From assembly GCF_004010195.1 (NCBI RefSeq), contig NC_057753.1, forward strand, positions 11,231,642 to 11,251,641: a DNA stretch of 20,000 nt, given 5' to 3'. Of this stretch, positions 19,795-20,000 are shown piece by piece. Position numbers and translations under genes: made by a program. Below the pieces are notes generated by a model that was not told the origin of the DNA, made no database searches, and saw nothing but the letters and a program-made list of their open reading frames with translations. Within the stretch, counting starts at the first letter, position 1; every line of letters starts with the position of its first letter. This DNA comes from Chiloscyllium plagiosum. Taxonomy: Eukaryota.

Positions 19795-20000
19795 ATTGCA
19801 CTTAAATTGGAAGGGGACTAATATACTAGCAGGGAGATTTGCTAGAGCTGCTCGAGAGGATTTAAACTAGTAAGGTGGTGTGGGGGGAGGTGGAGGGAGG
19901 TGGGTGGGACCCAGGGAGATAGTGAGGAAAGAGATCAATCTGAGACTGGTACAGTTGAGAACAGAAGTGAGTCAAATAGTCAGGGCAGGCAGGGACAAGG
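19795..20000 (+). mobile_element. CR1 LINE ORF1 (esterase/SGNH) C-terminus and inter-ORF region
   Basis: LHLNWKGTNILAGRFARAARED resembles the DGLHLN motif of CR1 ORF1 esterase domains; runs off the window end. Confidence 0.7.

Noticed and set aside
1..20000. CRISPR array or prokaryotic defence system
   Set aside because: No regularly spaced direct repeats or operon-like ORFs; the content is vertebrate repeats.

Overview
Eukaryotic, repeat-dense DNA, almost certainly from a cartilaginous fish (shark), judging by HE1-type SINEs, HER1/CR1 LINEs and shark-type Penelope-like elements (PLEs). I find no intact protein-coding gene. The window is a decayed C2H2 zinc-finger (ZNF) gene/tRNA cluster. 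It holds three degenerate ZNF units, each fused to the same tRNA-headed SINE, one near-perfect initiator tRNA-Met gene, and tRNA-Pro and tRNA-Trp pseudogenes. These are overlaid by fragments of several PLE families, CR1 LINEs, four HE1-like SINEs and a 606-bp solo LTR, and there is a 581-N assembly gap. The most notable structure not shown by the ORF track: (i) about eight minimal type-I hammerhead ribozyme motifs in PLE terminal repeats, several of which moved as 100-220-bp TSD-flanked mini-insertions, two with internal inversions; (ii) a tRNA-Pro(TGG) relic with a 22-nt intron-like insert exactly at position 37/38; (iii) an A20G variant of the initiator tRNA; (iv) a ZNF+SINE composite amplified as a unit, with one copy in twin-priming-like inverted geometry. 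None is proven to be a new system; family names come from motif recognition, not database searches.
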